A stretch of DNA of 64,000 bases from Candidatus Multivoradales bacterium (GTDB taxonomy: Bacteria > Acidobacteriota > Thermoanaerobaculia > Multivoradales > J023): assembly GCA_965248925.1 (NCBI GenBank), contig CBDFLE010000006.1, positions 1,120,001 to 1,184,000 on the forward strand, written 5' to 3'. The notes under the pieces are model-generated. The model saw nothing but the letters and a program-made list of their open reading frames with translations. It was not told the origin of the DNA and searched no databases. Shown one piece after another: positions 38,198 to 46,508 of this stretch (its first letter is position 1; each line of letters starts with the position of its first letter). The position numbers and the translations under genes were made by a program.

Positions 38198-39763
38198 ATG
38201 ATTCGCACCACCCTCTTACGCCGCCTCTACTTCTCGACCCTGACCTGCGCCATGATCGGCGCCCTCACCCTGACTCCGGCAGCCATCGCCGAGACCGCCG
38301 GTGACGGTCTCATCTTCACCTCCCGCGCCGACTTGGGCGGTTCAAAACTGACCGTCACCGGTCCCGAGGGCGCGGTCTACGAGATGAGCTTCGCCGCTGA
38401 CGAGGCGCCCTCCTTCAGCCTCTTCGACGTCGACGGCAACGCCTTGGTGGACGGCGGCTACACCTACGAGCTGCGCTTCTCGCAACGCCAGCTCGACAAC
38501 CGCCCCGAGGGTAGTGACTCGGTCGTGGCGAGCGGCGGCAAGGCCAACTTCGCCAACACCGTCGAGTCCGGCTACTTCACCGTCGCCGGTGGCTCGATGG
38601 TGGTGCCGGGAGTGGAGCAGGACGCGGGCGGCAAGGCTGACGGCGAACTCGCCACCGCCAAGGCCCAGGTGTTCGCCACCGACTTGATCGTCCAGGGTTC
38701 CGGCTGCATCGGCTTCGACTGCTCGAGCAGCGAGAGCTTCGGCTTCGACACGCTGCGCTTGAAAGAAAACAACCTGCGGATCCATTTCAACGACACCTCG
38801 AGTTCGGCCAGCTTCCCCGGCAACGACTGGCGGCTGACCGCCAACGACTCCAGCAACGGTGGCGCCAACAAGTTCTCCATCGACGACGTCACCGGCGGCA
38901 AAACCCCCTTCACCATCCTCGCCGGCGCGCCGAGCAACTCCCTCTTCATCAAAGCCGACGGCAAGGTCGGCTTCGGCACCGCCTCGCCGGTGGTCGACAA
39001 CCACATCGTCAGCGGCAATTCCCCGACCCTGCGCTTGGAGCAGGACGGCTCGGACGGCTTCACCCCCCAGACTTGGGACCTGGCCGGCAATGAGACCAAC
39101 TTCTTCGTCCGCGACGTCACCAACGGCTCCAATTTGCCCCTGCGCATCAAGCCCGGCGCGCCGGACAACTCAATCTACATCAACGCGAACGGTGATCTCG
39201 GCATCGGCACCGCCTCGCCAGACTCCGAACTCAACGTACTCTACGCCGATTCCGGAGATGGCATCCACGTCAAGACCACCGCCACTGGCACCGTCAAGCT
39301 GCTCAGCCTGGAAGCCGCCGAGCGCCCCCGGTTGGAGATGATCAACAACTCAGTCGCCGGCGGAACCTGGAACTTAGACGTGCTCAACGGCACTGGCAAC
39401 TTCGCCTTCATCAACTTCAGCGGCCCGGCATTCACCTTCGAGACCGATGGTGACCTGAGCATCGAAGGCAACTTCATCTCCAACGGCATGACCCTGACGG
39501 TTCCCGACTACGTCTTCGAGGACGACTACCAGCTGATGCCCTTGGACAAACTCGAGGCCTACATCGCCGAAGAAAGCCACCTCCCCAATGTGCCTTCCGC
39601 CAAAGAGATCAACGCCGGCTCGCTGAACATGACCCAGATGCAGCTCACCTTGCTCGAAAAGGTCGAGGAACTCACCCTCTACACCCTGCAACAGCAGCAG
39701 CTGATCAGCCAACAGCAGCAGGCCATCACCGCCCTCGAGCAGAAAGTCGACGCCCTCGACTGA
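38198..39763 (+). CDS. Secreted tail-fibre-like protein, paralog 4
   Basis: Same architecture (AQVFATDLIVQGSGCIGFDC...PDYVFE...LLEKVEELTLY). Confidence 0.8.
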   Translation: MIRTTLLRRLYFSTLTCAMIGALTLTPAAIAETAGDGLIFTSRADLGGSKLTVTGPEGAVYEMSFAADEAPSFSLFDVDGNALVDGGYTYELRFSQRQLDNRPEGSDSVVASGGKANFANTVESGYFTVAGGSMVVPGVEQDAGGKADGELATAKAQVFATDLIVQGSGCIGFDCSSSESFGFDTLRLKENNLRIHFNDTSSSASFPGNDWRLTANDSSNGGANKFSIDDVTGGKTPFTILAGAPSNSLFIKADGKVGFGTASPVVDNHIVSGNSPTLRLEQDGSDGFTPQTWDLAGNETNFFVRDVTNGSNLPLRIKPGAPDNSIYINANGDLGIGTASPDSELNVLYADSGDGIHVKTTATGTVKLLSLEAAERPRLEMINNSVAGGTWNLDVLNGTGNFAFINFSGPAFTFETDGDLSIEGNFISNGMTLTVPDYVFEDDYQLMPLDKLEAYIAEESHLPNVPSAKEINAGSLNMTQMQLTLLEKVEELTLYTLQQQQLISQQQQAITALEQKVDALD

Positions 39764-39800
39764 CACCGGCCCTGAGATCCGACCCCGGCATCCCGCCGCG

Positions 39801-39828
39801 AAAACCCCGGCTCTATGCCGGGGTTTTT
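39801..39828 (+). terminator. Intrinsic terminator after paralog 4
   Basis: AAAACCCCGGC-TCTAT-GCCGGGGTTTTT. Confidence 0.8.
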
Positions 39829-40121
39829 CCAATTGAGTGGTTGGTAGGAATCCCACGACGTGACCGCGACCACTCCGCCGGCAAGGGCCCGCAGGGATTC
39901 ACCAACGGCGCCCTGCGGCTGGTCTAGGAGAGCAACGAACCAGATGGCAGCGCAGCTGAACCTTGGGCAATTCCCAAAACCCAACTTGCATGATTGACTT
40001 TCTGCATGTCGAAGAGCCATACTCAGCCCACCGAGGGGCTTTGCTAGATTAGGCTAACTTGGTATGAACATTAAGCTTTGGCGCGGTTTTCCAGTTCGCT
40101 AGAGACCTTCCCTAACTCATC

Positions 40122-43100
40122 ATGTTTGATCTCGAATTCACCGGTGAGCGTGTCGTCCCAGGAAAGGTCGACCCCGAGCTACAGCTCGAGCACTCCACCC
40201 GCTATCAACTCGCCAGCCGCTGGGTGCGCGGCAAGAAGGTACTCGACTTTGGTTGTGGCACCGGCTACGGTGCCGCCATTCTGAAACGGGCTGGCGCTAG
40301 CCGGGTGATCGGCTCGGATAACTCGCCAGCAGCAGTGCTCTACGCCAAGAGCCACTTCGGGGTCCCCGGGGTTCATTTCTGTGTCAGCGATTGTGAGCGT
40401 GCCGCGTTCGCCGACGGCAGCTTCGACATTGTCGTTTCCTTCGAGCTGATCGAGCACCTGGACTCCTATCCAAGCTACCTAAAAGAGGTACGCCGGCTAC
40501 TACCTGAAACCGGGCTGTTCGTGGTTTCGACACCCAATAAGTCCACCTACAACGACCCCCGACACAGTACGCCGAACCCCTTCCACACCCACGAATTCGC
40601 CCTCGACGACTTTCGCAATGCTCTGTCGAGTTTCTTCGGTACCGTCACCATTCTCGGCCAGTCTCGCACCGAAGGGGTCCTCTTCCAGGGCGATTCTGCC
40701 GCTGTCAGCAGCGACCCATCGATCGACTTGCAGAGCAGCGGCGGTCTACAGAACCAGCCTCACCGAGCACTTACCGAAGCCGAATACTTCGTCGCAATTT
40801 GTAGCGTCGGCAGCGGCGACGAGCTGATCGCCAGCGACTCGTTTCACATCGCTGAATCCAATGCGGTTCGCGACCGCGACCTACGAATCCGTGAGCTGCA
40901 GAATGAACTAGAAGAGCGCGCACAGTGGGCGCGGGGCCTGGAAAACGAGTCCTCGCGGCGCGGTCAGCGAGTGGTAGAACTGCAAGGGGAACTTGAGGAA
41001 CACACCCGCTGGGCCAAGCGGCTAGAGAGCGAGTCCACCGAACATGGTCACCGGGTGCTGGAACTACAAGCCGAACTCCAGGAACGGCTGCGCTGGGCCA
41101 CTGAGCTTGAGACTCAGAACGAAGCTAAGAAAAAGCGCATTCGCGAACTACGCCATCAGCTCGCGCTGCTCGGCCAGTCCATGGAACGGCTGCCCGAACT
41201 GGAATCACAGCTCGATAAGAAACTCGGCATGGCCAGCGCTCAGCTCGAGAACGATCTGCGGGTTGGCCTTGAGACCCTTTCGCGTCAACTCGATGAGACC
41301 TTCGATCAGCGACGGCAAGGACTTGAGCAACTCCGCCAGAGCCTCGAGCAGCGACAACGGCAAACCGGGGTCAAAACCGAACAGCTAGAACGTCTCCAAG
41401 CCGCCCTGCGCGGCCAGCAAGCCTGGCAGCGAGACAGCCTGATCCGCCATCAAGGGAGCCTCGAGCAGCAGCAGGCCAAATTCAGCGAATCTCGGGCAAG
41501 ACTCGGCGATTTGACGCTGCTGCTCGAACAGCAGCAGCAGCAGCAGCAGCAGCAACGCCACCTCGTCGCCAGTCAAACAGCGCGCATCGACACCGCTGCA
41601 CAGCACCAGGACACCACCAGTCAGTTGCTGCGAGAGAAGCTGGATCAACAATCTGCGGCCCTCGACCACCAGTGGCGACGCCTGGAAGAGCAGCACGGCG
41701 CCCTCGAAGCTCAAGGTCAGTTACTCGGCGCTACCGAGCAGTCGGTGATCCACACTCGGCACCTTGCGGAGCTACTGTGGAACAGCTTACCTTGGCGGCT
41801 CTACTGCAGACTCGGCCAAGGACTCCAGCACGTCCGGCGACAGCTGCCGAGTGGTCGCCGGGAACGCCTGCGCCAGCAAGCCACCCAGGCCACCCAAGTG
41901 GCCCACCGCATCGCTGAGTTGAAACTCGCCATCACAGTTTCCAGCGAGCCCAAGGTGGCGATCGTGATCCCCTTTGCCGAGCCTCTTGAGCTGCTCGACT
42001 GCCTTGCTTCAATCACCACCGCCGGAGACTCGACAGCGGTCGAAATCTTCGCCATTCACCTCGATCCGCCGGGGCCGGTTCACGCGGCGCTGGAGAGCCT
42101 CGAGGACCTGCGCCTGTGGCGCGCGCGAAAGCCTGGAAGAGCGGCTGCATTGCAGCTCGCCGCCAGAAAGATGCGAGCACCACACCTGCTCTTGCTGGCC
42201 AGCAACGGTCGGCCCGAGAAGGGCTGGTTGGACAGCCTGTGCCGCACTTTCGAGCACTACCCCGACGCCGGTCTGGTAGGCGGCCGCCTGCTACTTCCTG
42301 AAGGCAAGCTGCTAGCCGCCGGCGGCATCCTTTGGCAGGACGCCACGGTGACCGCCTACGGCAACGGCGAAGACCCCGAACTCCGCAGCTTCAGCTTCGC
42401 CCGTGAAGTGGAGTTCTGCGACGACGCCTGCTGGTTGATTCACCAGCGGCTGATCGACTCCCTGAATTTGATCGACAGCGAGTTGCTGGATAGCTCGCAA
42501 AGGGCCGCTGATTTCTCCCTTCGGGCCCGCCAGCTAGGCGCTCGCACCTACTACCAACCCAGCTGCCGAGTACGGATGTTCGGCGGACTGAGCGAGACTG
42601 ATCCACAGGCGCTAGAGAAAGGCCGGCGGAGACTGCGCCGGCACTGGCCAGCCGAGCTGGCGGCAATGCCGGCGGCAGCGCCGCCGCACTCGGCCGTCGC
42701 CAGCCGGTTTGCCCGCCGCGCACTGGTCCTCGACCACCGCTTGCCAACCCCTGATCAAGATTCAGGCTCGGTTAGGATGGACAGTCTGCTGGATATTTTG
42801 CAGCAGATAGGCTTCCAGGTCACCTTTCTGCCCGAAAACCTCTACGCCATGCCACCCTATTGCGAGCCCTTGCAAGAGCGTGGCATCGAGGTCGTAATCA
42901 CCCCCGAGGAAACCTCCCTGAGAGGCTATCTAGCACGGCATGGTGAGGGCTTCGAGCTGGCTATCGTTTCGCGCTTCCACATCGCTACCAGCACCCTCGA
43001 CATGGTGCGCGAGTTGTGCCCCTCGGCTCTTTTGGTGTTCGACACGGTTGATCTACAGTTTTTGCGTTTGCAGCGGCAAGCAGAACTCGAGAACGATCCC

Positions 43101-43811
43101 GAACTCGCCGCCGAAGCCGAACGCATGCGCAAGGCCGAAATCGAACTGTCACGACGAGCCGACGCGGTCCTGGTGGTCAGCGAAGTCGAGCGCGAGCTGC
43201 TGCGACACCACGCTCCCGACCTCGATGTTCATCTGGTCTCAAATATCCACCATACCGCCGCGCCGGTCAGCGACTACGACCAACGCCAAGACTTCTATTT
43301 TATCGGCGGCTTCGAACATCCCCCGAACCAGGATGCGATGTTCTGGTTCTGCGAAGAGATTTGGCCCAAAATCCGGCAGGAGTTGCCCGCTGCGAAGTTA
43401 CACCTAATCGGCAGCAAGGTGACCAAGGAGCTGCGCGCACTTGCCGGTGAGGGAGTCGAGGTGGTCGGTTTCGTCGCCGATTTGATGCCCTATCTGAAGG
43501 GTTGTCGCTTGTCGGTCGCACCATTGCGCTACGGTGCTGGGGTCAAAGGGAAAGTGACCCAAAGCCTCGCCTACGGCCTGCCCACGGTGGTCACTACCAT
43601 CGCCGCCGAGGGTATCGGCCTGGAACACGGAGTCAGCGCGATGATCGCTGACGATCCGGAGAGCTTCGCCCAGGCGGTGGTCCAAGTCTATCGCGATCAG
43701 CGGCTCTGGCAGCGGCTTTCGAAGCACGGTCAGCAAGCGTTCGAGGCTCGCTTCTCACCCGCCAACGCGCAGCGAGCGATCGCTGACTTGCTGCGACAGC
43801 ACGGACGCTGA
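40122..43811 (+). CDS. Multidomain methyltransferase - coiled coil - GT2 - GT4 glycosyltransferase (WsaE/WbdD-like)
   Basis: FTGER, VLDFGCGTGYG, FELIEH and NPFH; ~300-aa coiled coil; GT2-like region; PDQDSGS, FIGGFEHPPN and APLRYGAGVKGK. Confidence 0.9.
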   Translation: MFDLEFTGERVVPGKVDPELQLEHSTRYQLASRWVRGKKVLDFGCGTGYGAAILKRAGASRVIGSDNSPAAVLYAKSHFGVPGVHFCVSDCERAAFADGSFDIVVSFELIEHLDSYPSYLKEVRRLLPETGLFVVSTPNKSTYNDPRHSTPNPFHTHEFALDDFRNALSSFFGTVTILGQSRTEGVLFQGDSAAVSSDPSIDLQSSGGLQNQPHRALTEAEYFVAICSVGSGDELIASDSFHIAESNAVRDRDLRIRELQNELEERAQWARGLENESSRRGQRVVELQGELEEHTRWAKRLESESTEHGHRVLELQAELQERLRWATELETQNEAKKKRIRELRHQLALLGQSMERLPELESQLDKKLGMASAQLENDLRVGLETLSRQLDETFDQRRQGLEQLRQSLEQRQRQTGVKTEQLERLQAALRGQQAWQRDSLIRHQGSLEQQQAKFSESRARLGDLTLLLEQQQQQQQQQRHLVASQTARIDTAAQHQDTTSQLLREKLDQQSAALDHQWRRLEEQHGALEAQGQLLGATEQSVIHTRHLAELLWNSLPWRLYCRLGQGLQHVRRQLPSGRRERLRQQATQATQVAHRIAELKLAITVSSEPKVAIVIPFAEPLELLDCLASITTAGDSTAVEIFAIHLDPPGPVHAALESLEDLRLWRARKPGRAAALQLAARKMRAPHLLLLASNGRPEKGWLDSLCRTFEHYPDAGLVGGRLLLPEGKLLAAGGILWQDATVTAYGNGEDPELRSFSFAREVEFCDDACWLIHQRLIDSLNLIDSELLDSSQRAADFSLRARQLGARTYYQPSCRVRMFGGLSETDPQALEKGRRRLRRHWPAELAAMPAAAPPHSAVASRFARRALVLDHRLPTPDQDSGSVRMDSLLDILQQIGFQVTFLPENLYAMPPYCEPLQERGIEVVITPEETSLRGYLARHGEGFELAIVSRFHIATSTLDMVRELCPSALLVFDTVDLQFLRLQRQAELENDPELAAEAERMRKAEIELSRRADAVLVVSEVERELLRHHAPDLDVHLVSNIHHTAAPVSDYDQRQDFYFIGGFEHPPNQDAMFWFCEEIWPKIRQELPAAKLHLIGSKVTKELRALAGEGVEVVGFVADLMPYLKGCRLSVAPLRYGAGVKGKVTQSLAYGLPTVVTTIAAEGIGLEHGVSAMIADDPESFAQAVVQVYRDQRLWQRLSKHGQQAFEARFSPANAQRAIADLLRQHGR
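40884..41135 (+). repeat. Three tandem 28-aa coiled-coil repeats
   Basis: RIRELQNELEERAQWARGLENESSRRGQ / RVVELQGELEEHTRWAKRLESESTEHGH / RVLELQAELQERLRWATELETQNEAKKK. Confidence 0.85.
41529..41555 (+). repeat. (CAG)8CAA poly-Gln microsatellite in the coiled coil
   Basis: Read directly; encodes Q9. Confidence 0.85.
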
Positions 43812-43824
43812 GCAGCCAACCACC

Positions 43825-45240
43825 ATGCCGCTGGACAGCGAGAGATCACCGCACAAGGCCCGCTTGGCGGTGATCTTTGTCCAGCATGAACGGCACAAAT
43901 ACCCGCGGGCCTTACCCCGTCTGATCGAGGCCATCTCGGCTCTGCATGAGGTCGAGGCCCTCTACGTGGTGGTCGACAACGCTAAGCCCGGCGACTGGTC
44001 GCACCAGGTCAGCGCCGCGCTGTTCCATATTGGCGGCGACAACCGCTCGTGGGAATTCTCGGCCTTTGATCGGGGCGCCCGCTGGCTCGAGTCCCAAAGC
44101 TGGTCGGCGGACCTGCTGCTCTTCGCCACCGACGCCCTGCTGGCCTATGGCGACGAGTTTCTGCAGTGGGTCGATGAGCGAGTGATCGACGCTTGTTTGA
44201 GTCTGTCAGCCTGTGTCGGCTGGATCGACAGCTTCATGGAGAGTTCGAAGATCCTCGACCTCGACTACGACAGTTGGATTCGCACCAGCCTGATGTTCAT
44301 GCCGGTGGCGGTAGAACAGCAGCTTGGCTCGCTGGCCTGGCCCCTCGACGATGGGGTGCTGTTCGGCCACGGTCCCGAGCAGCCCTTTCACCCCGATGCG
44401 CCAATCAGCGCCAACCTGCAAGCCAATCTTCTGTCTTGGCTGACCAGCGAGGCCGACGACGGACAGCTGGACGACGTCTGGCACTCGCAATTCCCTCTCA
44501 ACCAAGAGACCTTCCCGCGCTTCAAGGACAAAGCCAAAGCGATCCTTCGCGAACATCTACTGTCAGCCCGCCTACTAAGCCTCGAGATTCCCTGTTTCGA
44601 CCTGCGGGCAATCCGCCAAGCTCACTCCCACGGCCTCGATCTCGGGGACTTGCGGGGCGCTACCGGCCGCCAACGGCAGTGGCTTGGCTGGCGTTCTATG
44701 AGCCCTGCGGCCGTCCTGGACAACACAGCGGTTACGTCAGTTAAGGGCGAGACGGACGCAGGACCCATGGACCCGGTCTTGGTCCTCGACTGCGGCCAGA
44801 ACCCCGCCAGCCGAGAGTTCATCGAACAGATTGCAAGCGAAGTGATGCCACTGCTGTGGCAGCGCTTTCACCGTGCTCGGCTGGTCTTGGTCGACGATCC
44901 TGGCAGCCGCCAGATGCGTCAACTGCAAGACAGCGGCAAGATACGGGTCGTAGCAACCGACGACTCGGCGGCGGATGTTCTCGCCGAAGCGACCGTGGTG
45001 CTCGTGCCCCGTCCACTCAACGACCGCGCCGCCAAGGCCTTGCGCCGGGCCGCGATCCGCGGTATCCCAGCGATCGGCCAGGAATACCCTAGCGCCGGTC
45101 GCTCTGAAGGCAATGTGCGGCACTACCTGCACGCCGAGCAGCCCTGGGAAATCGCCGCCGCCTGCTGTCGCCTGATCGAAGACCCGGCGAGCCGGGAACG
45201 GCTCGGTCAGGCGGCTCGCGAGTTCGCCACGAACTCTTGA
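43825..45240 (+). CDS. Glycosyltransferase-related protein (GT-A-like N-terminus, degenerate GT4 C-terminus)
   Basis: YVVVDN, GDNRSWEFSAFDRG; C-terminal RLIEDPASRERLGQAAR. Confidence 0.6.
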   Translation: MPLDSERSPHKARLAVIFVQHERHKYPRALPRLIEAISALHEVEALYVVVDNAKPGDWSHQVSAALFHIGGDNRSWEFSAFDRGARWLESQSWSADLLLFATDALLAYGDEFLQWVDERVIDACLSLSACVGWIDSFMESSKILDLDYDSWIRTSLMFMPVAVEQQLGSLAWPLDDGVLFGHGPEQPFHPDAPISANLQANLLSWLTSEADDGQLDDVWHSQFPLNQETFPRFKDKAKAILREHLLSARLLSLEIPCFDLRAIRQAHSHGLDLGDLRGATGRQRQWLGWRSMSPAAVLDNTAVTSVKGETDAGPMDPVLVLDCGQNPASREFIEQIASEVMPLLWQRFHRARLVLVDDPGSRQMRQLQDSGKIRVVATDDSAADVLAEATVVLVPRPLNDRAAKALRRAAIRGIPAIGQEYPSAGRSEGNVRHYLHAEQPWEIAAACCRLIEDPASRERLGQAAREFATNS

Positions 45241-45417
45241 GCGCCACTCATTTCCAGCCGACCTGACTCACGATAGGTTGTAGGGCACCAACTGGGCAGA
45301 AAACTGGAAATAAAACCACCACCCCGACTCACCCTCATACCAGTCCAGATCAGCGGGAGGTGGCACGCAGTTGCCAGCTCCGACAGCGATATAGCATTCG
45401 CCCAGCGAGCGCACTTC

Positions 45418-45451
45418 GACCAGCGAACATCAGGGACCAGTGAACATCAGG
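45418..45451. repeat. 2 x 17-bp tandem repeat
   Basis: GACCAGCGAACATCAGG / GACCAGTGAACATCAGG. Confidence 0.8.
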
Positions 45452-45565
45452 TAAAGGTCGGTCGGCTACAGGTATCAAAACCTATCGGTTAGACTTGTCC
45501 TGTCGCGAAATCCACTCCATCCACCGGCACCAGCTCGACGCCACGATCTCGGAGAATCTGCACAG

Positions 45566-46498
45566 ATGGCACATGTCACCTTCATTCATGGAATCGCCAA
45601 CAAGCCTCCCCAAGACCTCCTGCTGGACATCTGGATCGACGCCTTGGCCAGCGATGGCGGCCTCGATCTCGACAGCGAGGGGGTGAGTTCGACCATGGTC
45701 TATTGGGCCGACGTGATGTACGCCAGCCCGGCCGGATCCGAGTCAGCCCAAGAGAGCCTGAGCCAAGAAGATACCGATCCGGTCATCGATGGCGGCGACT
45801 GGCAGCAACAATTGACCGCTGACCAACGCCAATGGCTGGACACCTTGGTCACCAAGCTCGGCATCGAAGCAGCACCGCCGGGGGGCGACGACAGCTTCAC
45901 CGCCGACCCCAGTTCGGCGAGCCACGAATTCGAAGCCATACCCCTTCCCTGGTGGCTCAAACGACGGCTGATGCGCACCTTGCTACGCGATGTCCATCAC
46001 TATCTCTTCGCCGCCGAAACCAATCCACGTCCCGGCGAGACCTATCAGGTACAGCCGGAGCTGCGCAGTCGCTTCACCAGCGCCCTCGAAGAAGGGGCCG
46101 CCCAGAGCGGTCCCCATGTGGTGGTCTCCCACAGCATGGGCACGGTAATCGCCTACGACTGCCTCAAGCAGGTCGAGGGCTGCCCCGGTGTCGACGCCTT
46201 GCTGACCCTGGGTTCACCCCTGGGTCTGGAAGAGATGCAGACGCCGATGAAGCCTGGCTATTCGCGCCAGGACGGCTTCCCCTCAGAGCGGGTTTCCGGC
46301 CGTTGGGTCAACATCTACGACCGCCTCGATCCGGTGGCCGGCCTCGATCCCAAACTGGCCAACGACTATCGCCGCGCCGGCGACTTCATTGTCGAGGACA
46401 TCAATCAGCAGAGTTCGGGCAGTTGGCGCCACTCCATCACCAAATACCTGGCCGGCAGCAAGCTGCGCCCTGCGCTGGCCGAGCTGCTCGAATTGTGA
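45566..46498 (+). CDS. Alpha/beta hydrolase (lipase-like)
   Basis: FIHGI oxyanion motif, VSHSMG nucleophile elbow, LTLGSPLG, DRLDPV (Asp), HSITKY (His). Confidence 0.88.
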   Translation: MAHVTFIHGIANKPPQDLLLDIWIDALASDGGLDLDSEGVSSTMVYWADVMYASPAGSESAQESLSQEDTDPVIDGGDWQQQLTADQRQWLDTLVTKLGIEAAPPGGDDSFTADPSSASHEFEAIPLPWWLKRRLMRTLLRDVHHYLFAAETNPRPGETYQVQPELRSRFTSALEEGAAQSGPHVVVSHSMGTVIAYDCLKQVEGCPGVDALLTLGSPLGLEEMQTPMKPGYSRQDGFPSERVSGRWVNIYDRLDPVAGLDPKLANDYRRAGDFIVEDINQQSSGSWRHSITKYLAGSKLRPALAELLEL

Positions 46499-46508
46499 GC
46501 CACAAGCG

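Noticed and set aside
26373-39763. Prophage tail region or diversity-generating retroelement behind the four fibre paralogs
   Set aside because: No structural phage genes, integrase or reverse transcriptase. The proteins have Sec signal peptides, and the differences are not visibly adenine-specific.
45361-45374. Sigma54 promoter TGGCACGCAGTTGC
   Set aside because: GG-to-GC spacing is 9 nt, not the required 10.
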